14,590 nt of DNA from Pedosphaera sp. (GTDB taxonomy: Bacteria; Verrucomicrobiota; Verrucomicrobiia; Limisphaerales; SIBH01), in assembly GCA_031414955.1 (NCBI GenBank), contig JANOQV010000260.1:1-14590 (forward strand), in the 5' to 3' direction. Each line of letters opens with the position of its first letter. Positions within the stretch are counted from its first letter, which is position 1. Of this stretch, positions 1 through 7,106 are shown piece after piece. The translations under genes were made by a program, and so were the position numbers. Under the pieces are notes generated by a model. It did no database searches and had not been told where the DNA came from. It saw only the letters and a program-made list of their open reading frames with translations.

Positions 1-68
1 CAGCCCGATCCTTCGCCTTGGGAGGGCAGAGACAGGCCGCAGTCCGGGCAATGACGTTCAGTGTGCAT
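1..68 (-). CDS. 5' end of a gene running off the window; Zn-ribbon-like N-terminus, probably a Ser/Thr protein kinase
   Basis: Manual translation from ATG at 68 gives MHTERHCPDCGLSLPSQGEGSG(C/W). The CPxCGxxLP...G start resembles the N-termini of PVC-group Hanks-type kinases. AT-rich DNA lies upstream (about 90-115). Only 22 codons are visible. Confidence 0.45.
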   Translation of the reverse strand, partial: MHTERHCPDCGLSLPSQGEGSG

Positions 69-184
69 GAGCGGGCGCGCTTCGCAGCCCTATTGATAGA
101 ATAAGAAAAGTTACGTCGAGGTGACGAACTATTTGGCGCGCGCTGATAATCGGCCGTGACGCAGGTCGCTTCGCTGCACGATGA

Positions 185-234
185 GGTAGAACTTGTCGCG
201 CTGCGACAAGCAGTGCCGCGTTCCGCGGCGCAAC
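185..234 (+). repeat. GTAG-type REP-like element with two hairpins
   Basis: GGTAG-AA is followed by the stem CTTGTCGC-gct-GCGACAAG (192-210), then GCCGCG-ttc-CGCGGC (215-229). It is intergenic, just downstream of the 252..1658 gene. Confidence 0.55.
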
Positions 235-251
235 GTGACGTCAAGGCAGTC

Positions 252-1658
252 CTACCACGCCGGTTTCAGGGCCGGGTCGTCAAGGTCGAGGCGGTAGAGG
301 ATCTGGTTGTAGTTGTAGCGGGTCGTGGGCACGGGCTTGTCCGCAAACTCCGCCGTGTAGGTGCCTTCAAAGATCAGGATGGGCGAACCGTCCGGCGTGA
401 ACTCGGGGTGCAGGCGCGGATTGTAGAAGGTGTAATTGTCGTGCGTGAGCACCTTCACGGCTTGGCCCCAAGGACCGGTGGGCGCGTCGGCCTCGGCATA
501 CCACAGTTCACCGAAGGCGGAAGGTTTGCCGAAGCTTTCCATGAACACCGTGACCCAGCGTTTGCGATAAGCATTCCATGCGACCGAACCGCTGTGGGGT
601 TTCACGGGCCTGGCCTCGCGGGCGGAGGCCAGACTCTTCGGCGACTCCACGAGTTCCCACCGGGTCGAATCTTGCCACGCCTCAAAACTTGCCGGGCAGC
701 GCAGGAACGGGAGCGGGTTGCCGAAGTAAACCCATTTCTTGCCCGCCTCGTCGTTCCGAAATACGGGATGGCCATCCGGAACCTGCGGCGGTTTGGGTGC
801 AGCGTCGGACTTGGTCCAGACGATGCGCAACTGGTCGAACTTCTCCGCCGCGTCGTCCCACACGCACAAGCCCCATTCGTAGATTTCGAGGTGGTTGCGA
901 ATCTTCATGTACGAGCCGCAGAGCCGCGCGGCACCAGTTTGGTCGGGCAGGCTCACGTAACCGCTGACCCAGGTCGGACCGCTGCCGGGCATCTTCGCCA
1001 CCCCGCGCGGCTTGCCGGTGCCGTCGCGGAAGTAGTCGAGCTTCAACCGCAGCGGCGGCTCGAAGGAGGCGAGCGGTTGGACCACGGTGGTGGCGCTGCT
1101 CATGTCGAAGATGCCGAGCGGATAATGCGGCAACGTGGTGTCGCCCCAGGCCCAGAAAAGTTTCCCGCGATGGACGGCGTTCTGCACGCTGTCGCTCCCG
1201 AACACGCCAGACTCGCGCCAGTCCAGTTCGCGCCCGAGCTTCTGGCTCTCGGCAAAAATCCCCGCGCCCGTCGAGCGACCGAGGCGCTTGGCGATGATGG
1301 TGCGGTTCACCTCCACGCGCAGCGTTTTGCCCGGCTCGGGTTTCAAGCGCACGCCGCGCAGGCCGAAGCCGTCCTTCTTCACCTCATAGCCGTGGCCGAT
1401 GACATCAAACCATACCTCGCGCCCCATGAGTTCCGGCGCATCGAGCGCGATGACCCCGGTATTGTCGGTCACGAAAGTGGCGGCGTGGGTGGTGCGTAAC
1501 TGCACGAGCGGCACCGGCCAGCCGTTCTGTTGGTCCACGACTTCGATGCGGCAGAGGTGCCCGGGAACAGGGCCGGCGGCGAGGGAAGCGCACGCGCTTC
1601 CAAGGAACGCAATCGCAAGCAGCAGGAAGCAACATGGCTGCCGTCTCCGGATGTTCAT
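252..1658 (-). CDS. Secreted hypothetical protein: N-terminal carboxypeptidase-regulatory-like beta-sandwich plus a putative beta-propeller (DUF4185-like / glycoside-hydrolase-like)
   Basis: Signal peptide from ATG 1658 (MNIRRRQPCCFLLLAIAFLGSACASLAA). The VVDxxNGxPVP...TDxTG pattern fits the sandwich domain. Aromatic-rich strands include FWAWGDT, AWNAYRKRWV, PTGPW and FYNPRLHP. Confidence 0.8.
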   Translation of the reverse strand: MNIRRRQPCCFLLLAIAFLGSACASLAAGPVPGHLCRIEVVDQQNGWPVPLVQLRTTHAATFVTDNTGVIALDAPELMGREVWFDVIGHGYEVKKDGFGLRGVRLKPEPGKTLRVEVNRTIIAKRLGRSTGAGIFAESQKLGRELDWRESGVFGSDSVQNAVHRGKLFWAWGDTTLPHYPLGIFDMSSATTVVQPLASFEPPLRLKLDYFRDGTGKPRGVAKMPGSGPTWVSGYVSLPDQTGAARLCGSYMKIRNHLEIYEWGLCVWDDAAEKFDQLRIVWTKSDAAPKPPQVPDGHPVFRNDEAGKKWVYFGNPLPFLRCPASFEAWQDSTRWELVESPKSLASAREARPVKPHSGSVAWNAYRKRWVTVFMESFGKPSAFGELWYAEADAPTGPWGQAVKVLTHDNYTFYNPRLHPEFTPDGSPILIFEGTYTAEFADKPVPTTRYNYNQILYRLDLDDPALKPAW

Positions 1659-1736
1659 GGCGTGGAACGTAACGGCGCGGGCCGGGTTCTGACGAAACGA
1701 AACTGCGACCACCGCGCCTGGACTTGCAGCCGCGCC

Positions 1737-4208
1737 CTAGTTCTTCCGCACGCGGAAGAACCGCTGCGCCGGGGCCACGAGGGAGTTCGAGACCGACTGG
1801 CGCGAGCCATTGCCCAGGTTGGTCTTGACCGGCACCCAGGGAACATTCGTGAAGAGCAAAGTCTTGGCCTCCGTGACGTAGCTGCCGCCCGGAGCCGTGT
1901 CGAAGGAGAAGACGAGATTGGTGCCAGCCTGCCGTGTGTCCACGATGAGCGGCACCCCGAGGCAGCAAACGTAACCGTCGAACAACGCGATTGAATCCAC
2001 CCACCAGCCGTCCGCATTCACGGTGTCATCCGTGCCGATGCGCCAGCGGAACTGAACATTTTGACCGGCGGCCGAAGCGGGCAGTTGAATCGTCGTGGTG
2101 GTGAAGCCGCCGGAGTTCCCGCTCCAGGCCGCCCGGTCGCCGAGCGGATTGTCATAAACGGTGGGCAGGATAAACGTGTAAGCGCCGGAGATAAAAGTAC
2201 CGCCCAGGTTCAAGATGTCGTCGAAGGCTCCGCCCGCGATGGAGATTTCAAGCACGCCGCCATCAAAGCCGATCTCCATGTCGTAGCGATGGCGGAAGCC
2301 AAGCCGGGCGTTGGTGGTGCTGATGGCCAGGGACGGGCTGGTGAGGGACAGGTCGGTGATGAACTCCGAGTTGTCCACATAGGCGGCGCGTGGGGCCGTG
2401 TCCGAAAAATCTGAGACGGTCGCCCAGTTGGGACCACCGAAACCCGAGACCGTCCAACCCGCCGGCAGACTGGGCGGTGTGACCCCATCGAAGTTTTGCG
2501 TGAACCCGGCCACCGTCGCGCCCAGCGTGAAGCTGAAGCTGACCGTGCCCAGATTGTTCGTGCCGTCCTGCAGCTGGAGTCGGGGCGCAATGCTGCTGCC
2601 GCACGGCCCGCTGGCGCTGAAGGTGAAACTTTGCGTGACCGAGGCACCGCCGCCAATCACCACGCCGTAGCTCTGCGGAGCGCTGGGCGAGGACACCCCA
2701 TTGCCCGCGAGGAGCGTCGCCACCAGATTGATGGTGTTCGAGCCGCCCTGATTTCGAAGCGCGAATTTGACCGTGACTGTTTCACTGGGATCGATGACGC
2801 CGTTGGTCGGCGCGCAATTCTCCGAGACCAGCACCGCGCCCGCTCCGGTGAGAATCGGCACCAAGGACGGGTCTTTGCCGGGCACGCCCGCCGGGCTGGT
2901 ATTGAGCGGATCGAGCCAGTCGCGCAGGCGCGTGTCGGCCGTGAGGCCGAGATTCCAGGCCACGGAAAACTTCCCATAGCAATCGGCCAGCGAAGGCGTG
3001 GGGCACGCGGAACCGCCGCCGGAAAGCGTGCCCACCAGGCGGTGCGTGATCGGATCCCAGATGCCCGAGCCGGAGGAGCCAGGCTCGGTGACGCCGGAAT
3101 TCCAAACCACGTTCCAATGCGTGGCGCTGCCGCCAGTACCGATGCAACTATTCACCGTGGTAAGCGTGCTGTTGGCGAAGCTGATCGATTTCTCATCCGT
3201 GTTCGGATGGTGAATGCCCACCGTGCCCGCCGGCGCCACGCCCGAGCGATCCCAGCCCGAGTAGAAGACATTAAAGCTGGAGTCGGGCACGTCCTCCAGT
3301 TCGATGAGCGTCACGTCCACGTCGAACTTCGCCATGCGAAAGGTCGCGCCGCTCTGGTTCTGGGCCAGCGATCCGCCCCCGTGCAGGCCGCAGGTGGGCG
3401 ACTCGAAGTTCCAATACACGACGAGGCTGGGCGCATTGCCGGCGGTGATGCCGCAATGGTTGGCGGTGAGGAAAAAGTTTTTGAAGTCGCCCGCCACGTC
3501 ATTGATCAGCGTGCCGGTGCAGAGGAAGGTGCCGCCGATGCTGTACACGCCCACGCTGCGAATCTCGTTGCGCCAGGCATCGCCGGCCGGGCAGATGACG
3601 TCGTTGTTGCACGCGCCCGCCTTGGCCACGTCGAGTTGCGCCTGTCGTTTGAACATATCGCGATAGCCGCGGTTGACTTGCGCGAGCACGAGTTCCGGCT
3701 GCTCGTTCGCGCCGGCGGGCACGAAGAGTTCGATCACCGCGTCGCCACCGGGCAGGAGCGGCGTCCAAAGCTGGCGATGCGCTTTGTTGTCGCGCGACTC
3801 GTACGGACCCTGAAAGTAATCCTCCCCCTCGGAGAGAACATGGAGCGTGGCTCCGTGGGGCAGACGGCAGGTGGAAAAACCAAAGCTCAAATCCGTGGCG
3901 CCCTTGGAGGCGACCCGCAGACGCCAGAGCCGGCCGCCGGGCACGTTCTCCCAGGTGCCGTGAGTGGCGGGCGTGATTTGCACCTGGCTCGGCGTGGCGT
4001 AACGCAGCGGCGTCTGGACGCCGCCGGCCAGGTCCGCGGCCAGTTCCGCCTGCGGGTCGGTCGCCGCCACCCGGAGTTGCGCCACGTTGGGGAGTGGCCG
4101 GGCGTTGAGCAGACGGCTCGAGGGCGGCGCTCCCTGCCGGGCCAGCGCGGCCCACGGGACGAGAAACACGAGGGCGCCCAGGGCGAGCTGGCGAGCGGCA
4201 AGTTTCAT
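1737..4208 (-). CDS. Lysyl-endopeptidase-like (S1, Achromobacter protease I type) secreted serine protease with Ig-like, jelly-roll/adhesin-like and C-terminal FFR domains
   Basis: Signal peptide MKLAARQLALGALVFLVPWAALA and a pro-region of about 170 aa. Triad motifs are LTANHC (His), DVTLIEL (Asp) and GVTEPGSSGS (Ser); the catalytic domain ends RLRDWLDP. FTQNFDG...LPAGW...GWWVDSI marks a jelly-roll domain. The start could alternatively be 4247 or 4253. Confidence 0.9.
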   Translation of the reverse strand: MKLAARQLALGALVFLVPWAALARQGAPPSSRLLNARPLPNVAQLRVAATDPQAELAADLAGGVQTPLRYATPSQVQITPATHGTWENVPGGRLWRLRVASKGATDLSFGFSTCRLPHGATLHVLSEGEDYFQGPYESRDNKAHRQLWTPLLPGGDAVIELFVPAGANEQPELVLAQVNRGYRDMFKRQAQLDVAKAGACNNDVICPAGDAWRNEIRSVGVYSIGGTFLCTGTLINDVAGDFKNFFLTANHCGITAGNAPSLVVYWNFESPTCGLHGGGSLAQNQSGATFRMAKFDVDVTLIELEDVPDSSFNVFYSGWDRSGVAPAGTVGIHHPNTDEKSISFANSTLTTVNSCIGTGGSATHWNVVWNSGVTEPGSSGSGIWDPITHRLVGTLSGGGSACPTPSLADCYGKFSVAWNLGLTADTRLRDWLDPLNTSPAGVPGKDPSLVPILTGAGAVLVSENCAPTNGVIDPSETVTVKFALRNQGGSNTINLVATLLAGNGVSSPSAPQSYGVVIGGGASVTQSFTFSASGPCGSSIAPRLQLQDGTNNLGTVSFSFTLGATVAGFTQNFDGVTPPSLPAGWTVSGFGGPNWATVSDFSDTAPRAAYVDNSEFITDLSLTSPSLAISTTNARLGFRHRYDMEIGFDGGVLEISIAGGAFDDILNLGGTFISGAYTFILPTVYDNPLGDRAAWSGNSGGFTTTTIQLPASAAGQNVQFRWRIGTDDTVNADGWWVDSIALFDGYVCCLGVPLIVDTRQAGTNLVFSFDTAPGGSYVTEAKTLLFTNVPWVPVKTNLGNGSRQSVSNSLVAPAQRFFRVRKN

Positions 4209-4386
4209 CAGGTCAGTCGGCCCAGGCGATACACGGTTGTGGTTCATGCGCATAATGATGTCGGGTTTGGAATTCAGAACACCGCCAGGCTGCCCGAAAT
4301 TAGCTGTCGAGTCCAGCACGGGACTGAAACAGAATGGAACTGGGCGCATCTGGGAATTGACACCGAAGCTTGGACCGTCTGGTCGG

Positions 4387-4480
4387 CGCTGTCCTCAGCG
4401 CGCCAGGGTGGAGCGTGCCGCCAGTCCTGCGTGCCTCGTCCTGTCGTGGCCCGGCGCGCTGAGGACAGCGACGCCCTACC
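4387..4480. repeat. REPIN-like inverted pair of GTAG-family REP elements
   Basis: Perfect 18-bp inverted repeat CGCTGTCCTCAGCGCGCC (4387-4404) / GGCGCGCTGAGGACAGCG (4453-4470). Each arm has an internal CGCTG..CAGCG-type palindrome. The right arm ends CCCTACC (GGTAGGG on the - strand). Confidence 0.7.
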
Positions 4481-4574
4481 CGCGCCTGCCACCCTCGGTG
4501 GCACTTTCCAGAGCCTGTTGCCCAAACCATCGCACTCCAGATGCCCCCCGTTCCACCGGCGGCGCACTTTTCCG

Positions 4575-4603
4575 CTTTGCAGTCGGACGCGCTTTGCTAG
4601 CTT
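4575..4603 (+). promoter_or_regulatory. Possible sigma70-type extended -10 promoter for dapF
   Basis: TG-C-TAGCTT at 4595-4603 with TTTGCA upstream, about 24 nt before ATG 4627. Confidence 0.35.
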
Positions 4604-4626
4604 CGCCCGCCTTGGATTCTAATCGC

Positions 4627-5475
4627 ATGAACTTTTTCAAATACCACGCGCTGGGGAACGACTACATCGTGCTCGACCCGCAGAGCTTCGCGCCCACGCT
4701 GGACGAGCCGAACATCAGGCTGATCTGCCATCGCAACTTCGGCGTCGGTTCGGATGGGATTCTTTACGGTCCCCTGCCCTCGGAGCGCGCGCCTTTCCGG
4801 CTGCGCATCTTCAACCCGGACGGCAGCGAGGCCGAGAAGAGCGGCAACGGGCTGCGCATCTTCTGCCGGTACTTGTTCGACCAGAAGCTGGTGCGGGAGA
4901 ATCAGGAGTTCCTCGTGGAGACGCTGGGCGGGGTGGTGCGCGCGACCATCTTCGACGGCGGTAAAACGATCCAGGTGGACATGGGCCGGGTCAGTTTCTG
5001 GAGTGATGAAATTCCGATGACTGGCCCGCGGCGCGAAGTGTTGCGCGAGGATCTGGTCGTGCGCGATCGCACGTTCAACATCTGCGCCGCCACCATCGGC
5101 AACCCGCACTGCGTGATGGTGCTGCCGGAGATCAGCGATGAACTCGCGAAGACCTACGGGCCGCACCTCGAGACGCACGCGAGTTTCCCCAAACGCACCA
5201 ACGTGCAGTTCCTGCAAGTGCTGGACCGGAAGAACATCCGCATCGAAATCTGGGAGCGCGGCGCGGGCTACACGCTGGCCAGCGGCAGCAGCAGCAGCGC
5301 GTCGGCGGCCATCGCGCGCAGGCTCGGCCTGGTGGATGCCGCCGTCACCGTCCACATGCCCGGCGGCACGCTGGGCATCGAGATTGCCGACGACTTCGCC
5401 ATTCGCATGACGGGGCCAGTGACGGCGGTGGCCCAAGGGACGATCTCGAACGAGATGTTCACGACAAAAATTTAG
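4627..5475 (+). CDS. dapF: Diaminopimelate epimerase family protein (Ser/Ser active-site variant)
   Basis: Motifs FFKYHALGNDY, RNFGVGSDG, IFNPDGSEAEKSGNGLR, GNPHCV, TNVQF, WERGAGYTLASGS, PGG and MTGP. The true start is ATG 4627, not the track's 4087. Confidence 0.93.
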   Translation: MNFFKYHALGNDYIVLDPQSFAPTLDEPNIRLICHRNFGVGSDGILYGPLPSERAPFRLRIFNPDGSEAEKSGNGLRIFCRYLFDQKLVRENQEFLVETLGGVVRATIFDGGKTIQVDMGRVSFWSDEIPMTGPRREVLREDLVVRDRTFNICAATIGNPHCVMVLPEISDELAKTYGPHLETHASFPKRTNVQFLQVLDRKNIRIEIWERGAGYTLASGSSSSASAAIARRLGLVDAAVTVHMPGGTLGIEIADDFAIRMTGPVTAVAQGTISNEMFTTKI

Positions 5476-5502
5476 CCGGCAGCCCGAGGCCGCCGGCTAA
5501 AT
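5470..5502. terminator. Hairpin between convergent dapF and MFS genes (likely bidirectional terminator)
   Basis: ATTTAGCCGGC-a-GCC-cga-GGC-c-GCCGGCTAAAT. The A-run at 5466-5470 gives a U-tract on the - strand. It overlaps the dapF stop codon. Confidence 0.7.
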
Positions 5503-5514
5503 CCAGAGTCTAAT

Positions 5515-6831
5515 TCAATGGCCGACCGCCTGCGGCACGGGCTTGGACGGGGGACGGAAGAACAGCGCCAGCGCAAGGGCCGCCACCGAAGCGCAGGCCA
5601 GCGGCACCAGGAAGAGACTGCGGAAGTCCGTTACGCCATTGGCCGTGAACACATTCTGGATCAAGTACGGGCAGACGGAGTTCGCGACCAGCGCGCCCAC
5701 GCCGAGAATCATCACGTTGAACAAGCCTTGCGCACTGGAGCGGACGTCCTTGGGGAAATGTTCATCCACGAAGATGTACACCGTGGCGAAGAAGAACGCG
5801 TAGCAGATGCCGTGGAGAATCTGCACCAGGATGATGAGTTCCTTGTGCTGCGGCAGGAAGGCATAGACCGCGAAACGTCCCGCGTGGCCGAGCACGCCGA
5901 TGATCATGGTGGTGCGCCAGCCGAGTTTCTTCAGCGTCGCGCCGAGCACGAACATGGTGAGGATTTCCGCAATCTGGCCGATGCTCATCACCGGCATGAT
6001 CCAGTTGCTGGGAATGCCCACGCCCCCCGCCGCCGGCGCGGCCCCGAGGAAGGAGCCGGTCCAGTTGAAGTAACAGTTGTGGACGAAGGAATCGACAAAA
6101 GTGACCAGCCAGAGCACGAGCACGAACGGATGAGCGAGCAACTTGACCGCCTGAAGCCAGGCCAGGCCGCTCCCTGCACCCGCGCTGGCCTTTTTCGGCG
6201 GCGTGTGCGGCAGGGTGAGGCTGAACAGGGCCAGCACGACCGAGGCGACACCGGCCACGACGAAGGTCCAACGGGTGGCGGCTTTCGCGGCGTCACCGGT
6301 CATCGGGTGAGCGAGCGCGGCGCTGATCCAGTCCACGAAGCCCGCCGGGTTCGCGGCCTTCACCGCCGCCCAGTCCACGAAGATGAAGGTGAAGGGCCAG
6401 GCGGCGAGAATCCAGCCGATGGTTCCGCCCATGCGCACGATGCCGAACTCCTGCTTGGCGTCCTTCATGGCGGCGAAAGCGATGGAGTTGGTGATGGAAA
6501 TGGTCGGCACGTAGAGCAGGCAATGCACCAGCATGCAGCCAAAGAAGGGCCAGAAAGATTTGGTGAAGCCGCACATCAGAATGGCGACGCCGCCGATGAG
6601 ATGGCTGAAGGCCAGAAACTTCTCCGCCGCGAAATTACGATCCGCAAACTGATTGCTGAAGAACATGCCCACGATGGCCGCGATGGGAAACGCGTTGAGA
6701 ATCCAGGACTGCTGGCCCGGGGTGAAACCCAGGCTGGGCAGGTAGCCGAAGATGAGCGGCAGCCAGGCTCCCCAAATGAAGAATTCGAGGACCATCATGA
6801 GAAACAGCTTGAAGCGAATGGCTTTATTCAT
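5515..6831 (-). CDS. MFS transporter, nucleoside:H+ symporter (NupG/XapB-like) family
   Basis: About 12 hydrophobic helices. Motifs MMVLEFFIWGAW, FADRNF, LYVPT, VRMGGTIGWI, LPHTPP, MSIGQIAE, LHGICYAFFF and RSSAQGL. Start taken as ATG 6831 (MNKAIRF). Confidence 0.92.
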   Translation of the reverse strand: MNKAIRFKLFLMMVLEFFIWGAWLPLIFGYLPSLGFTPGQQSWILNAFPIAAIVGMFFSNQFADRNFAAEKFLAFSHLIGGVAILMCGFTKSFWPFFGCMLVHCLLYVPTISITNSIAFAAMKDAKQEFGIVRMGGTIGWILAAWPFTFIFVDWAAVKAANPAGFVDWISAALAHPMTGDAAKAATRWTFVVAGVASVVLALFSLTLPHTPPKKASAGAGSGLAWLQAVKLLAHPFVLVLWLVTFVDSFVHNCYFNWTGSFLGAAPAAGGVGIPSNWIMPVMSIGQIAEILTMFVLGATLKKLGWRTTMIIGVLGHAGRFAVYAFLPQHKELIILVQILHGICYAFFFATVYIFVDEHFPKDVRSSAQGLFNVMILGVGALVANSVCPYLIQNVFTANGVTDFRSLFLVPLACASVAALALALFFRPPSKPVPQAVGH

Positions 6832-7106
6832 AGGTGATGGCGCGGAGCCTACGCGGAGCGCGCGAGCGGAGGCAAGCGGGGTTTCTCCGTTGGCCAGCGG
6901 GCGTGTGGAATTCGAGTCCAGCCAGGCCGTCGGGAGCACCGAGAGGATTGGGCTTAGATCCTGTCTGAAAAGTCACTGGGGCAGCGTAAGCTGCCGGCCC
7001 CGGAGTGCGCACGGCCGCAAGGCGGAGGCTTGAAACTAAGCCGGAGGGCGTGAATGAATCCGGGATGCGGTGGTTGAACATTCCGGGTCTCGGATTAGTC
7101 TGGCCC

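Noticed and set aside
156..1499. 447-aa + strand ORF
   Set aside because: Antisense shadow of the 252..1658 gene, which has the signal peptide and protein-like composition.
2496..4622. 708-aa + strand ORF antisense to the S1 protease
   Set aside because: Arg/Ala/Gly-rich with no motifs. It is a shadow frame caused by GC-rich codon bias in the real - strand gene.
4087..4626. 180-aa N-terminal extension of DapF in the ORF track (apparent fusion)
   Set aside because: It overlaps the protease gene and the REP element. DapF homology starts at MNFFKYH (4627).
5281..5298. AGC run (and the ATG x4 run at 14141-14152) as phase-variable repeats
   Set aside because: Short in-frame triplet runs encoding Ser or Met. 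Slippage would not shift the frame and copy number is too low.
4627..5475. dapF as a pseudogene because the catalytic Cys residues are missing
   Set aside because: The ORF is full length, other motifs are intact, and the paired Cys-to-Ser changes look selected.
5518..6837. 439-aa + strand ORF rich in E/H/D/R
   Set aside because: Exact antisense of the hydrophobic MFS gene; the composition is what complementing Phe/Leu/Val/Ile codons gives.
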